Assembly (NCBI GenBank): GCA_050633305.1
Contig: JBOEGF010000024.1
Coordinates: forward strand, 256,001-320,000
Reading direction: 5' to 3'
DNA length: 64,000 bases
Source of the DNA: Nannocystales bacterium
GTDB lineage: Bacteria > Myxococcota_A > Polyangia > Nannocystales > Nannocystaceae
The translations under genes were made by a program, and so were the position numbers. This document shows positions 19,107 to 28,021 of this stretch, in pieces. The first letter of the stretch is position 1. The number at the start of each line of letters is the position of its first letter. The notes beneath the pieces were generated by a model. It searched no databases. It was given only the letters and a program-made list of their open reading frames with translations, and was not told the DNA's origin.

Positions 19107-19943
19107 GTGGACTTCGGTGAAGACACGCTCCAAGTGGGCGGACTGACGCTCACGGGCGTTGCACGTGGGGGGATCGGCACGAGCCTGCGCGTGGCCGAGT
19201 TGGGCGTGCTGTTCGACGTGGGGGTCCCCGTGACTGGGCAGCTCAAGAACGCACGGATTCTGGTGTCACATGGACACCAGGACCATCTTGGTGGGCTGCC
19301 GTATCTCCTCTCGCAGCGCCACATGATGCAACAGGAGCCCTCGAACGTTCACGTGCCGCTCGAGATCCTCGATCCCTTGCAGCGCATCTTCGCCGCGTGG
19401 TCGGAGATTGAGGACTTCGAGATGGAAACGCGGTTGCATGGCCAGAGCCCCGGCGACGTCGTTGAGGTTCGCAAGGGGATCGATGCGGTGGCGGTGCGAT
19501 CGGTGCATCGTGTTCCGTCGCTTGCGTGGGTCATTCGGCGCCGCACGATGCGTCTCACGGCGGAGTTCTCCGAGCTACGGGGCGAGCAGATTCAAGCCCT
19601 CCGCGCCCAGGGGAAGACCGTCACCGAAGCCCATGTGGAGCCGGTGTTGTGCGTTACGGGGGACACGACGATCGAGCTCTTCGATCGGGAGCCATTGGTT
19701 CGCCAGGCCAAGGTCCTCGTGCATGAGGTGACGTCTTGGGACGACCGTCGCGGGGTGGAGCACACCCGAGCGTGGGGACACACCCATGTCGACGAGATCA
19801 TCGAGCGGGCCGAACAGTTCGAGGGGGACGCACTCGTGCTCGTGCACCGCAGCGCTCGGCACTCGAAGGCGCAAGCCGAGCAACTCGTTGCAGAGCGATT
19901 TCCGGCCTCGGTCCGGGACAAGGTTCATGTCTTCGGAAACTGA
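19107..19943 (+). CDS. Metallo-beta-lactamase fold nuclease, short RNase Z-like
   Basis: SHGHQDH, HRVPS, TGDT, HEVT, GHTH and LVHRSARH motifs. Confidence 0.8.
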   Translation: MDFGEDTLQVGGLTLTGVARGGIGTSLRVAELGVLFDVGVPVTGQLKNARILVSHGHQDHLGGLPYLLSQRHMMQQEPSNVHVPLEILDPLQRIFAAWSEIEDFEMETRLHGQSPGDVVEVRKGIDAVAVRSVHRVPSLAWVIRRRTMRLTAEFSELRGEQIQALRAQGKTVTEAHVEPVLCVTGDTTIELFDREPLVRQAKVLVHEVTSWDDRRGVEHTRAWGHTHVDEIIERAEQFEGDALVLVHRSARHSKAQAEQLVAERFPASVRDKVHVFGN

Positions 19944-21135
19944 CGGCGCCATCGTGATCCTCGGAGCCTCGTTCGCGGGCGTCGAGGTCGTCTACCAGCT
20001 GGTCCGAGCCTTCGACGGCAAGCCGCCGCCGCTGATCGTCGTGGACCGGCAGAGCGAGCACGGATACCTCCCTCTCGTGCAAGAGCGGTTGTGCGGCGTC
20101 CTCGACCCTGCCGAGTCTCGCCTCAATACGCGGGCGTTCGTCGAGTCTGTTCCCCAGGCCCGATACGTCCAAGGCGAGGTCGAGTCGTTCGACCCTGCGA
20201 CGAAGACGGTCAAGCTGGCCAACGGCACGAGCGAGTCCGGGCGCTTCGCGGTTGTGGCGCTCGGCTCTGGCTTCGAGGCGCCCGCGGGAATCGACGGGGC
20301 CCAGAATGTCCTTGGCTACAAGGGCGAGGCCGATTTCACGCGGGCTCACGAGGCCCTCCGCGGCCTGCTCGAGGGAGCGGAAGATCGGCCCGAGATCGTG
20401 GTGGTGGGCGGCGGGATCAGTGGATGCGAGCTCGCGGGGGAACTCGCGGCTCTCGCAGGGACGCGGCCGACGGGGTGGTCTGCACCCAAGGTTCGACTGG
20501 CGACCTCTGCGGCCGCTCTCGTAGACAGCATGGGAGCGGGGATCTCGAGCCGGGCGACCCGGGCCCTGGAGGCACAAGGGGTCAGCATCGATGTCTCGAG
20601 CCGCGTGCTCCGGGTCGCAGACGGCGAGGCTCACTTGGAATCCGCAGGGGCGACGAAGACGGTCCGGGCCGACCTCGTATTGTGGGCTGGTGGCATCCGC
20701 CCTGCACCCATTCTCGAGCAACTGGGCCTTCCCCGGACCGACGACGGCTGGCTCAGCGTGGGCCCGACGCTGCAGTGTTTCGCAGAGCCTGAGATGACCA
20801 AGCCCGACATCTTCGCGTGCGGAGACGCCGTGCGGGTGCGCGGCGGGGACGGCGAGTGGCCGACGATGCAGCGCGCGATCGAGTGCATCTGGCAGGCCAA
20901 GGTCGTGGCGCGCAATATTGCGGAGCTTCACGAACAGCCCACCGACTACGACGAGGGCGTTCCGCCGCTACAGCCTCACAAACTGCGCTCGGAGTTCTTC
21001 TACGGGCTCAGCCTGGGTGCGCGTTCGATGGTGCTGTATCGGGGGATGGGTCTCGACATGCCGGGCATCAACCATCGCTTCCGGCGGTGGCTGATGCGTC
21101 AGTACTTCGCTCGCTACGCTCCACTCCCGGGCTGA
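19927..21135 (+). CDS. NAD(P)/FAD-dependent oxidoreductase (NDH-2 family)
   Basis: GASFAG and GGGISGCELAGEL Rossmann motifs, LWAGG, IFACGD. Overlaps the end of the upstream gene. Confidence 0.85.
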   Translation: MSSETDGAIVILGASFAGVEVVYQLVRAFDGKPPPLIVVDRQSEHGYLPLVQERLCGVLDPAESRLNTRAFVESVPQARYVQGEVESFDPATKTVKLANGTSESGRFAVVALGSGFEAPAGIDGAQNVLGYKGEADFTRAHEALRGLLEGAEDRPEIVVVGGGISGCELAGELAALAGTRPTGWSAPKVRLATSAAALVDSMGAGISSRATRALEAQGVSIDVSSRVLRVADGEAHLESAGATKTVRADLVLWAGGIRPAPILEQLGLPRTDDGWLSVGPTLQCFAEPEMTKPDIFACGDAVRVRGGDGEWPTMQRAIECIWQAKVVARNIAELHEQPTDYDEGVPPLQPHKLRSEFFYGLSLGARSMVLYRGMGLDMPGINHRFRRWLMRQYFARYAPLPG

Positions 21136-21253
21136 GTCCGGCGGGGCGCCGGCGCTGACAGCCGACCGCTGTTGGCTTGTGAGCGGGGGGCGGGCTGTTC
21201 CAGGGGTCGACGGATCGTCGGCAGGCCGAGGCGGCGGGTGCTAGCGTTGGGTT

Positions 21254-22258
21254 GTGAGGGGACGGGCCCGAGCTCGAGTCGGAGCCACGCGTTGCGGGAG
21301 TCCCGGTCCGCTGGCCTACACGCTCGGGTTGGCCTTGGCCGCTTGCGGCGGCCATCCTCGCATCGACCAACCGCCGCTCACGGCACCCGCTGGTTTCGAG
21401 ACGCTTGCGGGAGCGCGAGATGTCCCGCTGCAGTTCTCCGCGAGCATGCCCTCGGGCGAGCCTCGTGGTGTGATCTACTTCGTGCTCGGGCCAGAGATCG
21501 GCAGGCACGCGCCCTATCCCGAGTTCAGGGCCATGGCCCACGACGCGGGGTACGTGGTGGCCAGTCTGCACCCACGGGGCAGCGGATACTCTGCGGGCCT
21601 CCGCGGCGACATTCGCCGCTACCCGCTCGTACTCGATGACCTTCGACTCGGCTGGGAAGAGCTGGCCCGGCGTTTTCCTGACACCCCGCGCTTCCTGTTC
21701 GGCCACAGCGCGGGCGGACCCCTCGCGCTCGAGGTCGCCGCCACCTCCGATGTCGCCCCAACGGGCGTCATCCTCATCAATCCCGCCTACCGTCTTCGGT
21801 TTGCCGAGGGCATGGGTCCCAGCGCTCGCGACTACTTCGTCTACGCGCTCAACTTCATCTTTCGGCCCTGGGCGTTGACGGTCGACATGAACCGCGAGCC
21901 CTCGGCAGTCCGCTTCGAGCCGGACCGCTTGGAGGCCGAGGGCATGCACGCCGATCCGCTGGTGGTGCGCTACTTCAGCCTGCGCTACTTGTCGGCTCAG
22001 CGGAGGGTGATGAAGCGTAGCTCCAAGAACGCTGCGAAGGTCCGCGCCCCGATTCTGGTCGTACAGGGACATCATGACGCCCTGGTCGACCCCGCGGGCA
22101 ACGACGAGATTCTCGACGCCGCGCCGACGACGGACAAGCGGAAGCTCATCGCGGCCGAAGGTGGCCACGGGTCGAGCGCGGTGGAGACGAAGGTCGAGGC
22201 CCTGCTCAACTGGCTCGATGAGCATTCGGGCCATGGGGGAGTCCAGAGCACACGCTGA
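21254..22258 (+). CDS. Alpha/beta hydrolase (lysophospholipase-like), probable lipoprotein
   Basis: LAAC lipobox; RGSGYS, GHSAG nucleophile elbow, QGHHDALV and GGH. Start uncertain. Confidence 0.8.
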   Translation: MRGRARARVGATRCGSPGPLAYTLGLALAACGGHPRIDQPPLTAPAGFETLAGARDVPLQFSASMPSGEPRGVIYFVLGPEIGRHAPYPEFRAMAHDAGYVVASLHPRGSGYSAGLRGDIRRYPLVLDDLRLGWEELARRFPDTPRFLFGHSAGGPLALEVAATSDVAPTGVILINPAYRLRFAEGMGPSARDYFVYALNFIFRPWALTVDMNREPSAVRFEPDRLEAEGMHADPLVVRYFSLRYLSAQRRVMKRSSKNAAKVRAPILVVQGHHDALVDPAGNDEILDAAPTTDKRKLIAAEGGHGSSAVETKVEALLNWLDEHSGHGGVQSTR

Positions 22259-22381
22259 GGTCCGCTCGGGAATCCGACCCCGGGCGGCGCTCGAGCAGCA
22301 GCGCGAGCAGGCAAAGCTTAGGGAGGAGCAAGCCCGGGAGGCACGTCCGTACGATGGCGAGGTGCCGAGCGTGGCGCGAGG

Positions 22382-24973
22382 TCAGGCCTTCTCGATACGG
22401 CCGCGGCCGAGCTTGAATGAGAACATCCCGTTGATAGGATCGGTGGTGTTGCTCACCACGTTGTTGGCGGCGGTGTCCAACTCACCAAGGTAGTTGAAGT
22501 ATGCGCAGCTGACCCCTGGCTGCAGTCCGTCGGTGAGTATCGCGACCGCCGAGAACGAACCGTGCGAACCTACGACGCGGACTGGGTCACCGTCGGCAAT
22601 TCCGGCCGCGCCGGCGTCGATGGGATTGAGCTCGAGCGTGTTCTCAGGCATCTGCTCGATGCGATGCGCAATCCGACGGTCCTCGATCATTGCACTCCAT
22701 GTCCGGGAGTCGCGACGGTTGATGACCCAGAGTTCGCCGTCCCGGGGTGCGAGTGACTCGTGGCGATCGATCACGTCGTTCCAATCGCCGATTGCGAACA
22801 CCGCTTTGCCCGACGCGGTCTTGAACGCACCCCGGTCCCCGGCGGTTTGCTCCGCGGTCTCGGCGTCATGGAACCGCGGCGTTTCACGGAGTCTGCCGTC
22901 CTCGACGTAGATCGGGCACTGATACCCTTCGGTGCCTCGCTCGGCCAACAGGTCCCGGGCTGGGCGGCCTTGACGCTGTGCCTCCTCGACCAGGGCGCCG
23001 TAGGCTTGGGTTCCGCCTGACTTCGGTCCAGCCTCTTCGAAGATCTCATCTCCGGTGGCCCAATCGAAGCCGTCGTAGCCCATACGCCGAGCGACATCGG
23101 CAATGATCTGCCAATCGGTTCGCGCCTCGCCGGGCGGGTCGCAGATCTGTGCGTAGTAGCGAAGACGACGCTCGCCCTGCATCCGGGTAAACGCTGCCTC
23201 CCCCCATGACGCGGCGGGCAGGACGATGTCCGCGAGCTCGGTGAGCGCTTGGGGGTAGATGTCCTGTTGCACGAGGATCATGCCGCCCGCGTCGGCTCGG
23301 GCAGCAAGCGTATCGACGACAGTGTCGATGTCGACTCCCGAGGAGCTGATCACATCGGCGGCGAGTTGCGGGCTGCCGACCAGCTCGCGCACGCGTTCGT
23401 GGAGCACGGAGGCGCCCGCGGTGCCGCCTCCGGCCCACGTACAGCCGATCACCCAGGCCATCCGCAGGTTTCCGTCGAGCACCCACTGGTCCAGGTTGAG
23501 CCCCGCCGTTCGGCCTTGCAGACTGTGCGGCGACTTGTCCTTGGGATACGAGGCGGACTTCATCATGCCTCGCTGGTGCCCTCCACCGCGGGAGATGACG
23601 CGGCCAGGACGGTTTCCTGCGCCGAGCACCAAGCCGAGGCTCACCAACGACGCACTGCCGGGGAAGTTGTGCGCCCAGTAGTTGCCCTTCTCCAGCATGA
23701 AGGAGGTTCGAGGCGCCCGCACGGTACCGGTCTCGTCGACGCGCGGCTCGGCCAACAAGGATGCGGCCAGTTCGATCTTTTCCGCCGGGACGCCTGTAAT
23801 CTGCGCGGCCCGTTCGAGGCTGTACGTCTCATCTGCGAGCAGGAACGAGCGATAGGCGTCAAACGTGGCGCCGTAGGCTTCGCGCATCCCATTGGCCTCC
23901 GCTTCGGCCGCAAACTCCGCCTCGGTGACCACGAAGGACTCGATCCATGCGTCGTCCTGCCACCCCCGCTCGACGACGAGTCGGGCGATCGCATTGTTGA
24001 GCACGGTGTCCGTGCCTGGCTTCAGCTGCAGGTGCACGCCGCCGTGGTCTTCGGCCCATTGCGCCGCAACGTCGCGGCGTGGGTTGACCACGACGAGCGC
24101 CTTCTGGGCGTTGCCCTCGTCATCGACAAAGGGCGATGAACTGGGCGTCGCTCGGACCCAGTTGGAGAACAACACGCCTCGCGCTTCGTAGATCGCGACT
24201 CCGGAGACGAACACCACGTCCGCATCACGCCAATCGGGATACCCGGCGCTGAAGGCATCAACCCCAGCGACGGACAGCCCGGGGGTGGAGGAACCATCGC
24301 GCGGCTGATCGTGCGGAGCCCAACACGGGGTCTGCACCTTCTCGAATGCGAGCTTCGTGATCGCGTAGGTGTTCTCGTAGAACTGGTACGAGTACGTCTT
24401 CATGCCCCACGCCAGCTCGGAGTGGGTGTCGATGATGTGGCGGCTGAGCCGGGCTACGATTTCGCTGGCCTCGTCCCAAGAAACCTCGACCAACTCGCCG
24501 GCCACCCGCAGTTGCGGCCGTAGCAGTCGGTCGCTCTTCCGCTCGTCGGCGCGCGAGTAGAGCCGCCGAGCGAGAGTTGCCCCGAGGCTGTAGTCGCCAC
24601 CCACGTTGACCACCTCGGCCTTCCAGTCGGGCACGACCACGACGTGGTGGGGCATGCCGTCGACCTCGACGACGTTGTGCTGGTTGGGCGATATCCACGG
24701 CAACCCGGTCGTTGGGAGGTCGACACCCAGTGCGTTCTCATCCGCACCGAGTCCGCCTGGCTCCGCATCGACCGGCCACCGATAGATGCGGTAGCCGCAG
24801 CCCACAATGCAGAAGGCGCACGCGGACGTGAGCTCCTTCGCCGTGGTGGGGGGAATGTAGTAGTTGGGCTTCGCGGTTTGCTCCGCGCTCGCCGCCGCCG
24901 GCATCGAGACCGCGCCCCCTGTGGCGAGTGCAAGCTTCGCAAAACGCCGTCGACCCAAGCGTTCGCGACTCAT
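22382..24973 (-). CDS. DMSO-reductase-family molybdoenzyme large subunit, AioA/IdrA-like
   Basis: Tat signal GRRRFAK; CAFCIVGCGY (CxxCxxxC [3Fe-4S]-type); ENTYAITKL, LKPGTD, EKGNYW, RGGGHQRG, ADIVLPAA and QGERRLR motifs; C-terminal cofactor-binding domain. Confidence 0.88.
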   Translation of the reverse strand: MSRERLGRRRFAKLALATGGAVSMPAAASAEQTAKPNYYIPPTTAKELTSACAFCIVGCGYRIYRWPVDAEPGGLGADENALGVDLPTTGLPWISPNQHNVVEVDGMPHHVVVVPDWKAEVVNVGGDYSLGATLARRLYSRADERKSDRLLRPQLRVAGELVEVSWDEASEIVARLSRHIIDTHSELAWGMKTYSYQFYENTYAITKLAFEKVQTPCWAPHDQPRDGSSTPGLSVAGVDAFSAGYPDWRDADVVFVSGVAIYEARGVLFSNWVRATPSSSPFVDDEGNAQKALVVVNPRRDVAAQWAEDHGGVHLQLKPGTDTVLNNAIARLVVERGWQDDAWIESFVVTEAEFAAEAEANGMREAYGATFDAYRSFLLADETYSLERAAQITGVPAEKIELAASLLAEPRVDETGTVRAPRTSFMLEKGNYWAHNFPGSASLVSLGLVLGAGNRPGRVISRGGGHQRGMMKSASYPKDKSPHSLQGRTAGLNLDQWVLDGNLRMAWVIGCTWAGGGTAGASVLHERVRELVGSPQLAADVISSSGVDIDTVVDTLAARADAGGMILVQQDIYPQALTELADIVLPAASWGEAAFTRMQGERRLRYYAQICDPPGEARTDWQIIADVARRMGYDGFDWATGDEIFEEAGPKSGGTQAYGALVEEAQRQGRPARDLLAERGTEGYQCPIYVEDGRLRETPRFHDAETAEQTAGDRGAFKTASGKAVFAIGDWNDVIDRHESLAPRDGELWVINRRDSRTWSAMIEDRRIAHRIEQMPENTLELNPIDAGAAGIADGDPVRVVGSHGSFSAVAILTDGLQPGVSCAYFNYLGELDTAANNVVSNTTDPINGMFSFKLGRGRIEKA

Positions 24974-25521
24974 GAGCCCGCCTCCTCGACTTGCGCCGCC
25001 GCGTCGACCGTGGCCAGCGCGTCTGCTTCCGACAGAGGGTCACCAAACGCGGGACGGGTCTTCCCCAGCGCGACGACCGTGTTCCCCCGGACCTCGAGTT
25101 CGATCCGCGCAAGGTTGGAGCACGCCCGGCCGTGGACCAGCCGGCCGTCGTTGCGGAGGCTGAACAAACTCTGGTGGCAGGAGCACGGACCGAAGTGTCC
25201 GGTCTCGGGGTCTGCCGCGGAGGGGTCGATCGGACAGCCCATGTGTGGACACAGCGTCGAGTAGGCGACGATGTTCTGGTCGGGGCCGACACCATGCTGC
25301 GCCGGGCCCCGGAGCTTCACGGCGAAACACAGCGGACCGTGCCCGAGGCTGAACGCGATTGGGGTTCCGTCGTCGAGTTCATCGAGTTCTGCAACGCGGA
25401 TGATCTCGTCGGTTGTCCCGTCGGTGCCGCACGCTGCTGCGAGCAGTGCCGAGGGGGCGATGAGCGCCGCTCGGCCGAGGGAACGACGGGAGATGTGTTT
25501 TGACTCGTGAGCCTTGGACAT
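24970..25521 (-). CDS. Rieske [2Fe-2S] small subunit, AioB-like, Tat lipoprotein
   Basis: SRRSL...LLAAAC; GVGPDQNIVAYSTLCPHMGC and GPCSCHQSLF Rieske boxes. ATGA overlap with the large subunit. Confidence 0.88.
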   Translation of the reverse strand: MSKAHESKHISRRSLGRAALIAPSALLAAACGTDGTTDEIIRVAELDELDDGTPIAFSLGHGPLCFAVKLRGPAQHGVGPDQNIVAYSTLCPHMGCPIDPSAADPETGHFGPCSCHQSLFSLRNDGRLVHGRACSNLARIELEVRGNTVVALGKTRPAFGDPLSEADALATVDAAAQVEEAGS

Positions 25522-25932
25522 CGACGCTTCCGACGACGAAGTAAGAGGGAGTTGAGAATGAGGTGCCACTGAACTTCGGGGCCTCGGCTCCATCGCGGCG
25601 GCGGGTTTACAGCATCGGAGACCGAGTCTGGGCGTGCGGATCTCCTGGACGACCGAGCTGCAATACGCTCGGCAGGCCGGGGCCCCTCAGCCCCCGAACC
25701 ACCGCCTACAAGGCCCTAGGTGTACGTGCTCTCGCGCGCAACCGCGCACCGCTCAGCCGCCGATGCGAGACATCTCTCAGACCCCGTCATCGGGAAGGGC
25801 CTGGTGCCGGCGGGCTGGATTGGCCGCGCGTCATTGGCGCGGCCAGGCTCGATGTGGGCTGTGTTTCTCTTTTCATCCGCCGTCGCGCAGGGTCCGCAAC
25901 CGCCGGCCACAGGGCAACCAGGCTCGTAGACA

Positions 25933-26101
25933 GGTCGTGAACGGCTGTTCGGCTCCCTCGTGGACCCGGGAGGCCCAGGCCCACGACGTGCGGGGGCGTG
26001 CTGTACGCGGTGCGTGATGACCGCGGAACCCGGGCGACCGGTCGAGGTACGGGCCGCCTCAATCGTCGAGCACTGGAGGGAGCCGGCGGAGTGGACGGGC
26101 C
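25933..26101 (+). ncRNA. Candidate structured non-coding RNA, family unassigned
   Basis: Nested helices 25950-59/26076-85, 25984-88/26064-68, 25993-98/26055-60 and 26001-06/26047-52, plus two apical hairpins (one CCGG-GCGA-CCGG GNRA). Wobble pairs are G-U on the + strand. Confidence 0.4.
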
Positions 26102-26268
26102 ATCGGCCGGTGTTGCAGGCAAACCAGCCTTGGCTCTAGGCCGCGCGCTCATCCGGCGCGGGTGTGGGTTTGCGGGCCGACAGGGCCGGCCGACCCCGGG
26201 AGCAACGACCCGACTCACATCGTGCTGGGTTCGAGCGCCTCCGGCATGGCCCAGCCGAGGTCCGGAAC

Positions 26269-26946
26269 TCAATCCGAGTTCGCGGAGAGGTACTCCTCGA
26301 GCGTCACCGGAGACTCGAGGACGAAGGTCTTGCCGCTGCGCTTCATGGCTTGGATGCTGTCGACTCGGAAGTTCCGGAAGTCTCCACGGAGCTCACACCA
26401 CGCGCCCAGGGACCAGTGTCGTCCCCAAAAGAAGAGGCCCAGGGGACGAACGTGGCGGTGCGTGAGCGCATCGGTTCGGTCGAGGTAGCTCAACTCGAGG
26501 ACTTCGCGGCGGTCGATTGCGCTGCGTAGGGGCCCCAGTCGCTTCCGGGCCTCCTTGGGAACGTGGAACGAGATCGCGTGCATCGAGGTCGCGTGCACAC
26601 GGGGTCGCTGGCTTGCCGGGAGGGCGGCCTCGACCTTCTCGAGAGCGCTCCGGGCCGCGCCACGGAGCTCGGCGTCGGCCCAGCTCTCGACCATGCGGGC
26701 ACCCAAGACGAGCGCCTGAACCTCCGCGTGGGTGAACATCATCGGTGGAAGCTCGAAGTCCTTGCCCAGCCGATACCCCACGCCGGCCTCGCCCTGGACC
26801 GGGACGCCCGAGCCGGTCAGGTCCTTGATGTCGCGGTACACGGTGCGCTCGGAAACATCCAAGCGCTCGGCGAGCATGGCGGCCGTGGTGAGGCGGCGGT
26901 GCTGGAGGATCTGAATGATCTGAAAGAGCCGATCCGCGCGGCGCAT
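26269..26946 (-). CDS. YafY-family HTH-WYL transcriptional regulator
   Basis: MRRADRLFQII, LDVSERTVYRDI, GEAGVGY; WYL region W-S-L-GAWCELRGDFRNFRVD. Confidence 0.92.
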   Translation of the reverse strand: MRRADRLFQIIQILQHRRLTTAAMLAERLDVSERTVYRDIKDLTGSGVPVQGEAGVGYRLGKDFELPPMMFTHAEVQALVLGARMVESWADAELRGAARSALEKVEAALPASQRPRVHATSMHAISFHVPKEARKRLGPLRSAIDRREVLELSYLDRTDALTHRHVRPLGLFFWGRHWSLGAWCELRGDFRNFRVDSIQAMKRSGKTFVLESPVTLEEYLSANSD

Positions 26947-27043
26947 CTGGTCAACCGTTGCGCCGTGGCCGGAAAAAGTCCAGCGGTGGAGCTTGCAGCG
27001 AGCGCGCCGAAAAACCCGGACGAGGGCTGATAGCCTGCTGCGT

Positions 27044-28021
27044 GTGCGGACGTTGACAGCAATCGGAGTCCTTCTGGCTGTGGCGTGCTCGGCCGGCGGT
27101 GCCCCACAACTTGCAACGAGGCCGTCTTCGGCACCCGATGCTGCGCCGGCTTCGTCGGCCCCGCTCGCTCCCCCCACGGCAGGTGCTGCCGCGGAGCCTC
27201 GGCCGCTGCCGGTTGCGAGGAGCCCGGGACAGGGCTTTCGGGCCCCCGTCGTGGAGACGGTCCGGGTGACCACCACGACCGAGGTGCGGGTGATGCTCAA
27301 ACGTGCGGACGCGGTCGCGCCTTGGATGGGCACGGTCCGGTACACGGCCGAGCCCTACAGCCTGACCGGACGCCCGAGGAAGGGCGTGATTCGGGAGCGA
27401 GACGTCTTGGGGTCTCGACACGCCCTCGATCTCAACGGCGACGGTGACACGAAAGACCGGTTCGGCAGCGGGTGTGACGAGGCCGGGTTCTCGCTGGGCA
27501 AGACGCTTCGCCTCGACCCGGTGATGACGGGGCCCGCCGGGCAGCGGCGCTACGCGTACGCGGCCGACGACGGTCAGACTCGTATCGGGAGCTTGGGCAA
27601 TCGCGGTGCGTCGGCGATGCTCTACCTCGCGTGCGCCGACGATGGGACGGTGAGTCTCGGTTGGTCACCCCGGCCCATCGAGGTTCGCGAGATCGCAGGC
27701 CCGGCGCTGATGGTGTTGGCCTTTGGCAATCCCACGCTGGCTCCGTCGATCCCCACCGATGGGGTTTCGCGGACTCCCGAGCGCGACGGGCTGGCCGAGC
27801 AGCGCTTCGACATCGAGGTGTTTGAGCCGGTGGTCCAGCAGGCGCACTGGTATGCGGTCGCGGGCGCCATGGTGCAGGTCGATCCCGATGCCCAAGAACA
27901 AGAGATTCGGGTGTTCTTTGATGGCGACATCGAGCACGTTCAGATCGCGCTCAACGAGGGCAACGACGCAGTGGACCGGGCGCGGAGCTACGTCTCGACG
28001 CAGACCATTGGGTCCCGCTAG
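27044..28021 (+). CDS. Hypothetical lipoprotein
   Basis: LLAVAC lipobox; Pro/Ala linker; DLNGDGD Ca-binding-like motif. Confidence 0.6.
   Translation: MRTLTAIGVLLAVACSAGGAPQLATRPSSAPDAAPASSAPLAPPTAGAAAEPRPLPVARSPGQGFRAPVVETVRVTTTTEVRVMLKRADAVAPWMGTVRYTAEPYSLTGRPRKGVIRERDVLGSRHALDLNGDGDTKDRFGSGCDEAGFSLGKTLRLDPVMTGPAGQRRYAYAADDGQTRIGSLGNRGASAMLYLACADDGTVSLGWSPRPIEVREIAGPALMVLAFGNPTLAPSIPTDGVSRTPERDGLAEQRFDIEVFEPVVQQAHWYAVAGAMVQVDPDAQEQEIRVFFDGDIEHVQIALNEGNDAVDRARSYVSTQTIGSR

Noticed and set aside
16722..19133. 803-aa minus-strand ORF (and similar ones at 14648-16975, 30399-32498 and 55879-57738)
   Set aside because: Antisense shadows of well-supported genes.
22382..24973. Assigning gene symbols aioA or idrA
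   Set aside because: Diagnostic segments diverge and the accessory genes are absent.
25553..25568. TGGCAC on the minus strand upstream of the Rieske gene as a sigma54 promoter (also at ~60010 and ~60758)
   Set aside because: No GC or TTGC at the -12 position.
25907..26130. CACAGGGCAACC and GGCAAACC as a c-di-GMP-I riboswitch; region also considered as 6S, SRP, cobalamin, TPP or Moco RNA
   Set aside because: The companion motifs are missing (for example GGGACGCAAAGC, the SRP GGAAGGAAGCAG loop, or a symmetric 6S bubble). Left as an unassigned candidate.
26269..26946. WYL gene as part of an anti-phage defence island
   Set aside because: Stand-alone YafY type with no defence genes adjacent.
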